From: an uncultured Bacteroidales bacterium
GTDB lineage: Bacteria; Bacillota_I; Bacilli_A; RFN20; CAG-826
Assembly: GCA_963650805.1 (NCBI GenBank)
Contig: CAVJMG010000006.1
Span: forward strand, 21,439 to 85,438
Direction: 5' to 3'
Length of the DNA stretch: 64,000 bases
The position numbers were made by a program, and so were the translations under genes. Positions 24,017-32,246 of this stretch are shown here, one piece after another. How positions within the stretch are numbered: position 1 is the stretch's first letter; every line of letters starts with the position of its first letter. Below the pieces are notes generated by a model. It made no database searches and was not told the DNA's origin. It saw nothing but the letters and a program-made list of their open reading frames with translations.

Positions 24017-25281
24017 ACAAACACGCTATTTTGCTAGCTCTCATGCTTTCTTCGCTTTCCTCTTGCCAGCCTTCTGGGGCCACGTACGCCGACAATCTTC
24101 CCCAAGGAGTCAGTGAAGGGTACGTTTTTTACACGGGACTTAATAGATCTCTGTCGGACGGGTCAGACTCGTGGCATTTGCTGAGCTCGATCGAGCACGA
24201 AGATTACATATACAACATAACGGATAGGCGCACAACGAATACGTTCCTTTCTGTGTCCAAGGATCAAGTGCTCGTCATCAGCGCAGATAGTAATATAGGC
24301 AGATCCTTAATTTTTGAATACAACTACGCGGATGGGAGTAAAACCATTCTCAGTTCAATCAAAACACCTGCCCCAAAAATCAGTTTTCTGTCAGGTGGTG
24401 CTGTGCTTATTTTCGGAAAAGAAACTTCTTACATTTACAAGACGGGAAGTCTTTTTGAAATCCCGGGTAGAGTGTTGTGGTTGGGGAAGAACTCGGTTTT
24501 AGTTGCGCCGACCCGAACGGGTCTGTCATCCAATTTGGACACCAGCTTTGCGCTGTATAGTTTTGACGGGGAGACTCTTTCGGAAAAAGCGGTTATCCCT
24601 AATCCGACGCGACGCGAAGCTCCAATTGCATTAGTTTCTGATGGTTTATCTAACAAATGTATTCTTAAAGAAAATGAATCTGCTAATCAATATTACGAGT
24701 TGGATGTGGATAATTACTCAAAAGGTTTTTTAGAAAGTGAAACAAAAAATTACATTGCAACGTATACGGCGGAGCTAAGCGTATCCCCATATGGGTTGGA
24801 AAATATAGTTTATGAGCCGACTTGCTCATATGAGACTTCGTCTTTCGCTGTGAGCAATAAAGGAATCACCATCCAATGGCAGTTTGGAGGCGAAGAATTC
24901 ATTTCATTGCCAAGAGATGGCCAAACGGTCCCAAAAATCTCCTATTTAAAGCAAGCAAACCTAATCCAAATAAAATACGATTCGCGGAGCATTTTCACCT
25001 ATAATCGAGAAACCAAAGAATTAATTTCCTCTGGATGCACGTTTGATGAGGTACCCATGTCATCGCAATACACTTTGTGGGAAAACGACGCTTATCAGTT
25101 CATTGTTCAAAACTTTACCTACAATAGTCTGGGCCCTGGGTATTCAGCGATTAGCTTTCTACTCAGAAAAAATAAGTCTACCGGAGTTACCGATAGAATG
25201 CAGAAAAAATACGTGAGTTGTGAATATTACTGTTATCCCTATTCTTTCAATTGCGTGGAAACAAAAGGCGATTTACACTAA
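24013..25281 (+). CDS. Putative lipoprotein, paralog B of 20749..22017
   Basis: GTG 24013 overlaps the upstream stop (GTGA) and is preceded by GGAG at 24001-24004. VNKHAILLALMLSSLSSC has the lipobox LSSC. It aligns end to end with paralog A. Confidence 0.75.
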   Translation: MNKHAILLALMLSSLSSCQPSGATYADNLPQGVSEGYVFYTGLNRSLSDGSDSWHLLSSIEHEDYIYNITDRRTTNTFLSVSKDQVLVISADSNIGRSLIFEYNYADGSKTILSSIKTPAPKISFLSGGAVLIFGKETSYIYKTGSLFEIPGRVLWLGKNSVLVAPTRTGLSSNLDTSFALYSFDGETLSEKAVIPNPTRREAPIALVSDGLSNKCILKENESANQYYELDVDNYSKGFLESETKNYIATYTAELSVSPYGLENIVYEPTCSYETSSFAVSNKGITIQWQFGGEEFISLPRDGQTVPKISYLKQANLIQIKYDSRSIFTYNRETKELISSGCTFDEVPMSSQYTLWENDAYQFIVQNFTYNSLGPGYSAISFLLRKNKSTGVTDRMQKKYVSCEYYCYPYSFNCVETKGDLH

Positions 25282-25601
25282 ATGGCGATTCGCATTTAAA
25301 ATCGGTTTGACAAACCGTTTTAATTTCGCTGCCTACTACTGGCTGAGGAAAGAATCGTTTGGCTAAATTAAGGGTTGAATTTTATTTTCAATCTCTTTCC
25401 TATGTCGTTTCAAGAAGAAAATTCTTAAAAGCGGTTTCTTAAATTTTCAGGCTTTCCCTTATTCGTTCACCCTTTACAATAGGATTCCGGTTATGAAGCA
25501 ATTCCAAAAGGGGAATGGTGGTATCCGTCATGGGGCCTCTATCCCCTTTTTCGCCATTGCTTAACCACCGTGTTCGGGGAAACCCAGAAAGGAAAAATTT
25601 C

Positions 25602-26741
25602 ATGAAACACGTTTCGTCGAAATTCGCTGCGTTGAGCCTTCTCGCCATGACTGCTAGCTTAGTTAGCTGCGGTGGCAATTCAGAGGACAACAAGATCCAT
25701 CTTCAGCTAGTTCCTTCCAATGATCCTACTACTCTTCTTAGCCGCGCCAAGGCTTTGGAGCCTATCCTTAAGAAATACGAGCCCAACTATGAATGGACCA
25801 TCGACGTCGGCACCTCTTACGCCGCGACGACCACCGCTCTTGCCGCCGGACAGATTGATGGGGGCTTCCTCACCGCTTCCGGCTATGCCCAGATGACCAT
25901 TGAGAAACCCGGGAAAACCAAGCTTCTCCTTTCCGCTTCCCGTGCTGGCTACAAAGTTCAGGCTGATGATTTCCCGGGTCTTAAAGCCGAGAACCTCGAG
26001 ACTCAGCGTCAGGCTATGAACGGCAAAAATGGCTATGAATACCGCGGGCAGCAATCTGAGACCGAAGTCGATTTCTATTGCTCCGTCGTCATCACCTTAA
26101 AGGATTCTGAACGCAAGGCCCTTGGCCTATCCGCTCTTGACGCCGATGGCGATGGCGAAGTCTCGTTGAAAGAAATTCACGATGCCAAGGCGATTTGGGG
26201 CACCATGGGCGCCACTTCTTCCTCCGGTTACCTTTATCCCAACAAATATATCTACGAAAACGGCTATACCGGTGGATTCACCGATAAAGCCAGCTATGAG
26301 CAACTTAGCGAAACTGATCAAGCCAAGTACATGATCAACGCCGTCCAGGCTTCCTATCCTGCCGCTGTTGACAACCTCATGACCGGTGCTATCGACGTCG
26401 CTGTTGGCTTCTTCGACATCCGTTACGGTTCCGCCTTTGTTCAGGCCGATAGCAAATATAAGGGTGACGAAAGCCTTTTCACCAAGACTTACACCCAGGC
26501 CGTTCTCGACCCGATCATGAACGACACCATTTGCGCCCGCGGCGACCTCTCCGAGGCTAAGTCCGAAGCCATCAAGAACGCTTTCAAGAAAGCTGTTAAA
26601 GATGGCGATAAAGATACCGAAAATACCGGTGCTTGGATCCTTTATCAAATCTACTCTCACACTGGATACGTCGATGGAAACGATGAGAACTACGACGCCC
26701 AGCGCGAGATGTATAAATGGACTCTTGCCCACAGCAAATAA
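25602..26741 (+). CDS. phnD: PhnD-family (phosphonate/phosphite-type) ABC substrate-binding lipoprotein
   Basis: MKHVSSKFAALSLLAMTASLVSC has a lipobox. PhnD-like blocks are LQLVPSNDP, SYAATTTALAAGQIDGGFLTASGYAQ and VGFFDIRYG. It is followed by phnC and phnE-type genes. Confidence 0.75.
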   Translation: MKHVSSKFAALSLLAMTASLVSCGGNSEDNKIHLQLVPSNDPTTLLSRAKALEPILKKYEPNYEWTIDVGTSYAATTTALAAGQIDGGFLTASGYAQMTIEKPGKTKLLLSASRAGYKVQADDFPGLKAENLETQRQAMNGKNGYEYRGQQSETEVDFYCSVVITLKDSERKALGLSALDADGDGEVSLKEIHDAKAIWGTMGATSSSGYLYPNKYIYENGYTGGFTDKASYEQLSETDQAKYMINAVQASYPAAVDNLMTGAIDVAVGFFDIRYGSAFVQADSKYKGDESLFTKTYTQAVLDPIMNDTICARGDLSEAKSEAIKNAFKKAVKDGDKDTENTGAWILYQIYSHTGYVDGNDENYDAQREMYKWTLAHSK

Positions 26742-26759
26742 ACTGATTTCTTGATTTTC

Positions 26760-26798
26760 AATCCACGTCTCCCTTCTTTTAAGGAGGGGACGTGGATT
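26760..26798 (+). promoter_or_regulatory. Strong intercistronic hairpin after the binding-protein gene
   Basis: A 13-bp stem AATCCACGTC(T)CCC / GGGGACGTGGATT with a 12-nt loop. No U-tract follows, so it more likely acts in mRNA stabilisation or processing than as a full terminator. Confidence 0.5.
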
Positions 26799-26835
26799 CT
26801 CCTTATCCGTTTAAGAAAAAAACGAGGATGCCCAC

Positions 26836-27633
26836 ATGCTAGAATTAATCAACGTAGATAAGATTTATCCTAACGGATATCAAGCCTTAACCGATGTGAA
26901 TCTCAAAGTGAATGATGGCGAATTCATCTCCATCATTGGTCTTTCCGGCGCGGGCAAATCCACGCTTATCCGCTGCATTAATAAAATGCATGACATTCAA
27001 AATGGCCAGATTCTTATCGATGGGGTCGATATTTCAAAACTTAAAGGCAAAACGTTAAGGGAACAACGCCGAAACATCGGCATGATTTTCCAGTCCTTCA
27101 ACCTCGTTAGAAGAAGCAACGTCTATAAAAATGTTCTTTCTGGTCGTGTCGGCTACCACAACACATTCGAAACAATATGCGGAATTTATACAAAAAGGGA
27201 AAAGCTCCTCGCTCTTCAATCGTTGGATAAATTTGGCATATTGGACAAAGCCTACGTGAGGGCTGATCGGCTTTCGGGCGGCCAGCAGCAAAGAGTCGCT
27301 TTAGCCCGCGCCCTTTGCCAAGAACCCAAAATACTTTTGGCCGATGAGCCCGTCGCTTCGCTAGACCCTGCGACGACCATCGCCGTCATGAATGATTTCA
27401 CCCGAATCAACAAAATGGGCATCACCATCATTGCAAATATGCACCACGTTGATTTGGCGAAGAAATACTCTAGCCGCATCATCGGAGTCAAAGGCGGAAG
27501 AATCGTCTTCGACGGCAAGCCCGAGGAAGTTACTGACGACGTATGCTTCCAAATCTATGGACGCCATCTCAACCAAAACGATAACCTTGGTGCGGCTGTA
27601 GATGAGGTCTCTGACGTTAAAGAAGGCAAGTAG
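26836..27633 (+). CDS. phnC: PhnC-type ABC transporter ATP-binding protein
   Basis: Walker A GLSGAGKSTL, signature LSGGQQQRVALARAL, Walker B LLADEPVASLDP, and the PhnC-like IYPNG..AL start. Confidence 0.85.
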   Translation: MLELINVDKIYPNGYQALTDVNLKVNDGEFISIIGLSGAGKSTLIRCINKMHDIQNGQILIDGVDISKLKGKTLREQRRNIGMIFQSFNLVRRSNVYKNVLSGRVGYHNTFETICGIYTKREKLLALQSLDKFGILDKAYVRADRLSGGQQQRVALARALCQEPKILLADEPVASLDPATTIAVMNDFTRINKMGITIIANMHHVDLAKKYSSRIIGVKGGRIVFDGKPEEVTDDVCFQIYGRHLNQNDNLGAAVDEVSDVKEGK

Positions 27634-27636
27634 GAT

Positions 27637-28602
27637 ATGGCTTTATTTGGCTCGAAAAACAAAGGCACGTCCCCATCGGATTCCTCTTTTAAGAAATGGC
27701 TCGATGGCTGTTTCTATAAGGATGTGAGCGTGGATTTAAGCGATGCGCAAGATGGTAGCAACGTCAAAACAATTCGCAAGCCGCGCATCACCAAAACAGT
27801 CCTTATTTTGCTTGCGGTTGCTATAGTCGTGGGGCTAAGTTTCATTCCTTTTAACTACGAGAACAACCTCAAGATCAATTGGAAGGCTTTCGGCGAGAAC
27901 TTTGCCGACATGTTTACTCCTAATCCTTATAGGACAGAGAATTGGGCCGGTTGGTGGTCGTTTGCTTGGGAGTCCTTCGCCGTTGGCATCCATTCGCCGT
28001 TAATTAATTCCGCCCCCTTCCTGCAAATCTTCTCTTTGAATTTCCTGGCAACGGCTCTAGGAGCCATTTTAGCCATACCTGTCTATTATCTTTGTGCCCA
28101 TAACGTTAACCAAAACCCCTTCATCCGCGTCCCCGTTAAGATATTCTATGATTTCCTCCGTTGCATTCCGATGTTCATCATCTGCGTCATCTTTGGCCTT
28201 GTGATGGGAACTGGAAACACCTTGCCTTCTGTTCTCGCCGTTTCCATATTCACTTTGGGAATCATGTACCAAATGATGTACGAGTACCTTGAGACCTTGA
28301 ATATGCGTCCCTTTGAGTCGATGCGCGCCTGCGGGGCCAACAATCTCCAATCCGTCTCCCTTGGCCTTCACCCTGAAGTGAAGCCGATGTTCTTCGCTTA
28401 TTCCATATACGCTCTTGAAATAAACATCCGCGCCTCGGTCGTTTTGAGCTATGTCGGCATCACTTCGACCTATATGAACTCTTTGCAGATCTTTATCGAA
28501 AACGCTTGGTACGACTACGTTGGGGCGATGCTTGTTCCTTTGTTTATCGTTGTGGCGTCTTTGCAATTTGTCTCCAATATTTTGGTGAGGAAACTAAGAT
28601 GA
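27637..28602 (+). CDS. phnE: PhnE-type ABC transporter permease 1
   Basis: Multi-pass membrane protein with a PhnE-like EA(A) loop region (ETLNMRPFESMRACGAN) and a conserved IRASVVLSYVG tail. Confidence 0.75.
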   Translation: MALFGSKNKGTSPSDSSFKKWLDGCFYKDVSVDLSDAQDGSNVKTIRKPRITKTVLILLAVAIVVGLSFIPFNYENNLKINWKAFGENFADMFTPNPYRTENWAGWWSFAWESFAVGIHSPLINSAPFLQIFSLNFLATALGAILAIPVYYLCAHNVNQNPFIRVPVKIFYDFLRCIPMFIICVIFGLVMGTGNTLPSVLAVSIFTLGIMYQMMYEYLETLNMRPFESMRACGANNLQSVSLGLHPEVKPMFFAYSIYALEINIRASVVLSYVGITSTYMNSLQIFIENAWYDYVGAMLVPLFIVVASLQFVSNILVRKLR

Positions 28603-29507
28603 GCAGCAAAAAGAAAGAGAAAACGGTCAACCCCATCCGGAAAGCGGCTTATTTCTTCACCGCCGATACCAAGGGCATGACCCATTATAATGACCCTGTT
28701 TCCGCCTATACCGCCCGTCCTAAGATGTGGATCGTCAACATCTTCTTCCTTGTCCTCTTCCTTGCCGTTGCCGTTTACATGTGCGACCAAATCGGCATCC
28801 TCCATGCTTTCGACCGCCCCATTAATTGGAGCGTTGTCGGAGAGCGCCTTGGTTTGTTCTTTAGTCCTAATTGGGAGTACTTCTTCGGGTATGGGGAATA
28901 CGCTTTTACTGAGAGCGTCGTCCATGGATGCTTGGTTACCCTGGGCATCACCGTCATTGGAACTTTGGTAGGTTTCTTGATCTCTATCCCATTTGGCTTT
29001 TTCGCCAGCCATCGCTTGTTCGGCAGGTGGGCTTACATCACGGAATTCTTGCTGATTCTCATCCGCACTTTCCCGGAGCTTCTTCTAGCTTTGTTCTTCG
29101 TTTCGCTTTCTGGCTACACTTGGCTCACCGCAATCCTTTGCCTTTCCATTCATTCGATCGGCATGATCGGGAAGCTCTATTCCGATCAGCTTGACGAGAA
29201 CGACCTCGAAGCCCTTGAAGCCTTGGACGCCCAAGGCGCAGGCCCTCTTCAACGCATCGTTTTGGCCGTTGTCCCGGAGGTCAAGCCTTCCTTCCTCAGC
29301 GTTGGCTTATACCGTTTCGATATCAATTTGAGAACGGCGACGACATTGGGCTTGGTGCTTCAGACTAGCGCAGGCGTTGGCTATTCCATCCTTTTGGACC
29401 TCTCCAAGAACAATTATTCCAACCTTGGCGCGGATACTTTGGGAATCATCATCATGATCGTCGCCGTCGATTTGTTTTCCAGCTACCTTAGAAAGAAGCT
29501 TGTTTGA
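28599..29507 (+). CDS. phnE: PhnE-type ABC transporter permease 2
   Basis: ATG 28599 overlaps the upstream stop (ATGA) and follows GGTGAGG. Contains ALEALDAQGAGPLQRI and NLRTATTLGLV blocks parallel to permease 1. Confidence 0.75.
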   Translation: MSSKKKEKTVNPIRKAAYFFTADTKGMTHYNDPVSAYTARPKMWIVNIFFLVLFLAVAVYMCDQIGILHAFDRPINWSVVGERLGLFFSPNWEYFFGYGEYAFTESVVHGCLVTLGITVIGTLVGFLISIPFGFFASHRLFGRWAYITEFLLILIRTFPELLLALFFVSLSGYTWLTAILCLSIHSIGMIGKLYSDQLDENDLEALEALDAQGAGPLQRIVLAVVPEVKPSFLSVGLYRFDINLRTATTLGLVLQTSAGVGYSILLDLSKNNYSNLGADTLGIIIMIVAVDLFSSYLRKKLV

Positions 29508-29508
29508 C

Positions 29509-29991
29509 ATGCATACGCTTATTCTTATGGCGGGAATCCCCGGATCGGGAAAATCCACTTGGTGCAAGCTCTACCAAAAGGAGCACCCCAACGTCTTTAT
29601 CGTGGATACGGACGAGACACGTAAGAAAATAACGGGATCATACCTCGTTTTTCCAGAGAACATGGAAATCATCTTCGATGCGATGATTGAGGAGACCAAC
29701 ACCCTTTTCAAACAGCATGAAAATGAAGAATGCACAGTGATCGAAGATTCGATTTTCCTTGATGATTATCGGCGAAAATACTACATGGAACGCATTAAAG
29801 GTTTTGACCGAGCGATTTTATTCATGGTCAAAATGCACGATTACTCCATTTGTTACAAGCAGAACAAAATGCGTCAAAAAGACAAATGGGTACCCGATGA
29901 TGTCATCGACCATATGCGAGAAATCTACGTGGATCCATCCCCTGAAGTGCGCGCTTATTTCGACGAGGTGAAAGTTGAGTGGTGGAATTAA
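29509..29991 (+). CDS. P-loop kinase-like ATP-binding protein (AAA_33 / polynucleotide-kinase-like)
   Basis: MHTLILMAGIPGSGKSTW is a Walker A motif and VDTDETR is Walker B-like. The gene starts 2 nt after the phnE2 stop, so it is probably co-transcribed. Confidence 0.65.
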   Translation: MHTLILMAGIPGSGKSTWCKLYQKEHPNVFIVDTDETRKKITGSYLVFPENMEIIFDAMIEETNTLFKQHENEECTVIEDSIFLDDYRRKYYMERIKGFDRAILFMVKMHDYSICYKQNKMRQKDKWVPDDVIDHMREIYVDPSPEVRAYFDEVKVEWWN

Positions 29992-30068
29992 AAACGCCCC
30001 TTCTTTGTTTTCGGATTGAGCGTGAGGGCTTTTTCTCATCTTATTCATTCATTGGTTGAATTGTTCTG

Positions 30069-30106
30069 CGCCTTTTCGGTGTCCTTTAGGACAAAAGGCG
30101 AATTTT
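30069..30106 (+). terminator. Putative terminator of the phn-kinase operon
   Basis: CGCCTTTT ... AAAAGGCG stem with an inner GTCC-TTTA-GGAC stem, followed by AATTTT. Confidence 0.45.
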
Positions 30107-30120
30107 AGCGATATGGCGGT

Positions 30121-30149
30121 TTGCAATGAGCCCCCTTTGGCGTTATATT
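30121..30149 (+). promoter_or_regulatory. Putative promoter of the nine-gene transporter/nuclease operon
   Basis: TTGCAA (30121-30126), a 17-nt spacer, then TATATT (30144-30149). Confidence 0.5.
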
Positions 30150-30212
30150 ACAAGCAGTTATGAGCCTGCCCACTTTTTTGGAACGGACAATGCGACAGGA
30201 GGACTATCTTTT

Positions 30213-32231
30213 ATGAGGAAACGCTCATTGGCATTTTTCGCAATCTTAGCCCTTTTTGGCATTGGTTCCGCCGCTATTAGCCAGTCGAATGCTCTCGGGG
30301 TTTCCGCCGCCGAAGATCCCTCTCCCCGCTTTGAGGGAGAAACCGAAGTCGACCGTTCGGAACTCGCCTTCACTTTGACCGGTTCTTCCCTTACGGACAC
30401 CGCCCAAAGCTTCTCGCTGACAATGCAATCGGTCAAAATCGAGGCTTGGAACAACGGGAACCGCTATAACGACGTCTTCTCCGTCATCGACGATGAGAAT
30501 TTCACCGATGTTTCTTCTGCGAAAGAGGCTGCTACGACCGCCTATGAAAAGGCTCAGGCCGACGGAACCGAGTACACGCCCGTGACTTTCAATGGATCCG
30601 TCTTCAACATTTCCTACAAGAAGAACGCGACGATTGTTTTGCCCCAATGTATCAGCTACGGCTCCGATCCCACTTATTTCCGAATCGGATTGACAAGCAT
30701 CAACACCGAGGCTTGCTTCGATTACAAGAACAACGCGGTGAGCTACGCCGGGATTTCGACGATCATCATTCCCGAAGGCTATGAAACCATCCACGCGGAT
30801 GCCTTCACCGGCGCAAAAGAAGCAGGGGTTACCATCAAAGTCGCCGCTTCCGAAGATTTGGCCGGTTGGGAGGAAGGCTGGACCGACGCCGATGTTCAAT
30901 ATGGCTATGAGCTTTCCGCTTCTGAAAAGAGGCAGCTTGAGGTCAATACCACCGGCTCCACCTCCTTCGGCGATTCCAAAGATTTCTTTGTCGGCTATTT
31001 CGATTCCGAGGACTCCTCCAAGAATAAGCCTTTGACCATGGAATACTCCCTCATCAACGCGGATGGGACGAAGTCTTCCGAAAAGCATTATTATGAAGTT
31101 CCTTTAAACGCCACTCAGGTGAATTACGACGCCGTTGGTTCTATCGCCGGCAAAGGCAAAGATGACCGCAGCCTCGACATTGAGGTTCCTTCCGGCAGCC
31201 AAATCGATGAGTCCAACATTGTCTTCCATAATATTTACAGGCTCGTGAAAAACGATGAAGGGGGCGTCGTTCCCGATTGGGAGTCCGGGGCTTTTAAAGC
31301 CACGCCGACGCGCTCCTACAACAAAGTTTCCCATATTGAGGACTTCATGTCGGTTCAGGCGAGCTTCGCTTCCCATATTGGCCAATATTCTCGCTTCTCA
31401 ATCGCCATCAATCCGAAATACGACATTTTCAAAACACTGAATCCGACTTCTTACGAATCGAATAAAACGAGCATCGAAAACGGCACTCTCCGCATTCGTA
31501 TCCTCTTCTCTTCCTTAGCAAGCGCCAAATACCGCTTAGTCTACAAAAGCGATAGCGGTGAGAACGTGACGGTGACCGTCCCGGTGACCACCCCGATTAG
31601 CGTGTCCGAAATCCAAGGCGGCAAGTCGGTTTCCTTCGTTTTGAAAAATTCCGACGTCGCGCCGGATTTCTCAAGCGATGACGTCATCTCTTTCCAGCTT
31701 TGTGGCTTCTACCTCCAAACCGATTTGTTCAACCCCGTCAAAAATACCATTACGAGCAATTCGAAAAAATCTGTGCGTTTCGCCGCCCTCGAGCTTCTTC
31801 CCGACGGTATTTCCACGGTAAGGGACGTCAGCGTAGGCGCTTTCCTCGGCATCAGCTATGGCGTCTATGCGATCCTCTTCATCGCCGGAGCCGTTGGGTA
31901 TTGGGTCTATTGCAAGAAAAAGTACAGGAATGATGAATTCCGCAGGGTCAACGACAAGAAATTCTTCCTTGCCTCCCTCCGCAACTTCTTCGGTTATGGC
32001 CTTATTCTCTCTTCTATCTTGTTCATCATCGCGCGCTGGGGGCTGTTCAACGACACGGTCGTTGTCTATAACCCCTTGGACGTGTGGGTCATCGTGTTCA
32101 CAATCGCCGGGGCTATCTTCCTCGGGTTTGCGATAAAAGAATTCGTCGTCTCCACGAAAAAGACGTTGGAGAGGAAGAAAAAAGAAAAGCTGCACCTCGA
32201 TGCTGACGTCGTCGACGACGGAACCAAATAA
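30213..32231 (+). CDS. Surface ectoprotein with an N-terminal signal peptide and three C-terminal transmembrane helices
   Basis: AGGAGGA RBS precedes ATG 30213. MRKRSLAFFAILALFGIGSAAISQSNA is a signal peptide, and an ectodomain of about 560 aa follows. The C-terminal helices are VGAFLGISYGVYAILFIAGAVGYWVY, FFGYGLILSSILFIIARWGLF and VWVIVFTIAGAIFLGFAI, followed by a basic tail. Confidence 0.7.
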   Translation: MRKRSLAFFAILALFGIGSAAISQSNALGVSAAEDPSPRFEGETEVDRSELAFTLTGSSLTDTAQSFSLTMQSVKIEAWNNGNRYNDVFSVIDDENFTDVSSAKEAATTAYEKAQADGTEYTPVTFNGSVFNISYKKNATIVLPQCISYGSDPTYFRIGLTSINTEACFDYKNNAVSYAGISTIIIPEGYETIHADAFTGAKEAGVTIKVAASEDLAGWEEGWTDADVQYGYELSASEKRQLEVNTTGSTSFGDSKDFFVGYFDSEDSSKNKPLTMEYSLINADGTKSSEKHYYEVPLNATQVNYDAVGSIAGKGKDDRSLDIEVPSGSQIDESNIVFHNIYRLVKNDEGGVVPDWESGAFKATPTRSYNKVSHIEDFMSVQASFASHIGQYSRFSIAINPKYDIFKTLNPTSYESNKTSIENGTLRIRILFSSLASAKYRLVYKSDSGENVTVTVPVTTPISVSEIQGGKSVSFVLKNSDVAPDFSSDDVISFQLCGFYLQTDLFNPVKNTITSNSKKSVRFAALELLPDGISTVRDVSVGAFLGISYGVYAILFIAGAVGYWVYCKKKYRNDEFRRVNDKKFFLASLRNFFGYGLILSSILFIIARWGLFNDTVVVYNPLDVWVIVFTIAGAIFLGFAIKEFVVSTKKTLERKKKEKLHLDADVVDDGTK

Positions 32232-32246
32232 AGAAGGAGAACGAAC

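Noticed and set aside
25330-25601. TPP or other known riboswitch upstream of the PhnD-like gene
   Set aside because: I could not find the conserved TPP-riboswitch core elements or any other class signature I know. Only a generic terminator-like hairpin is supported.
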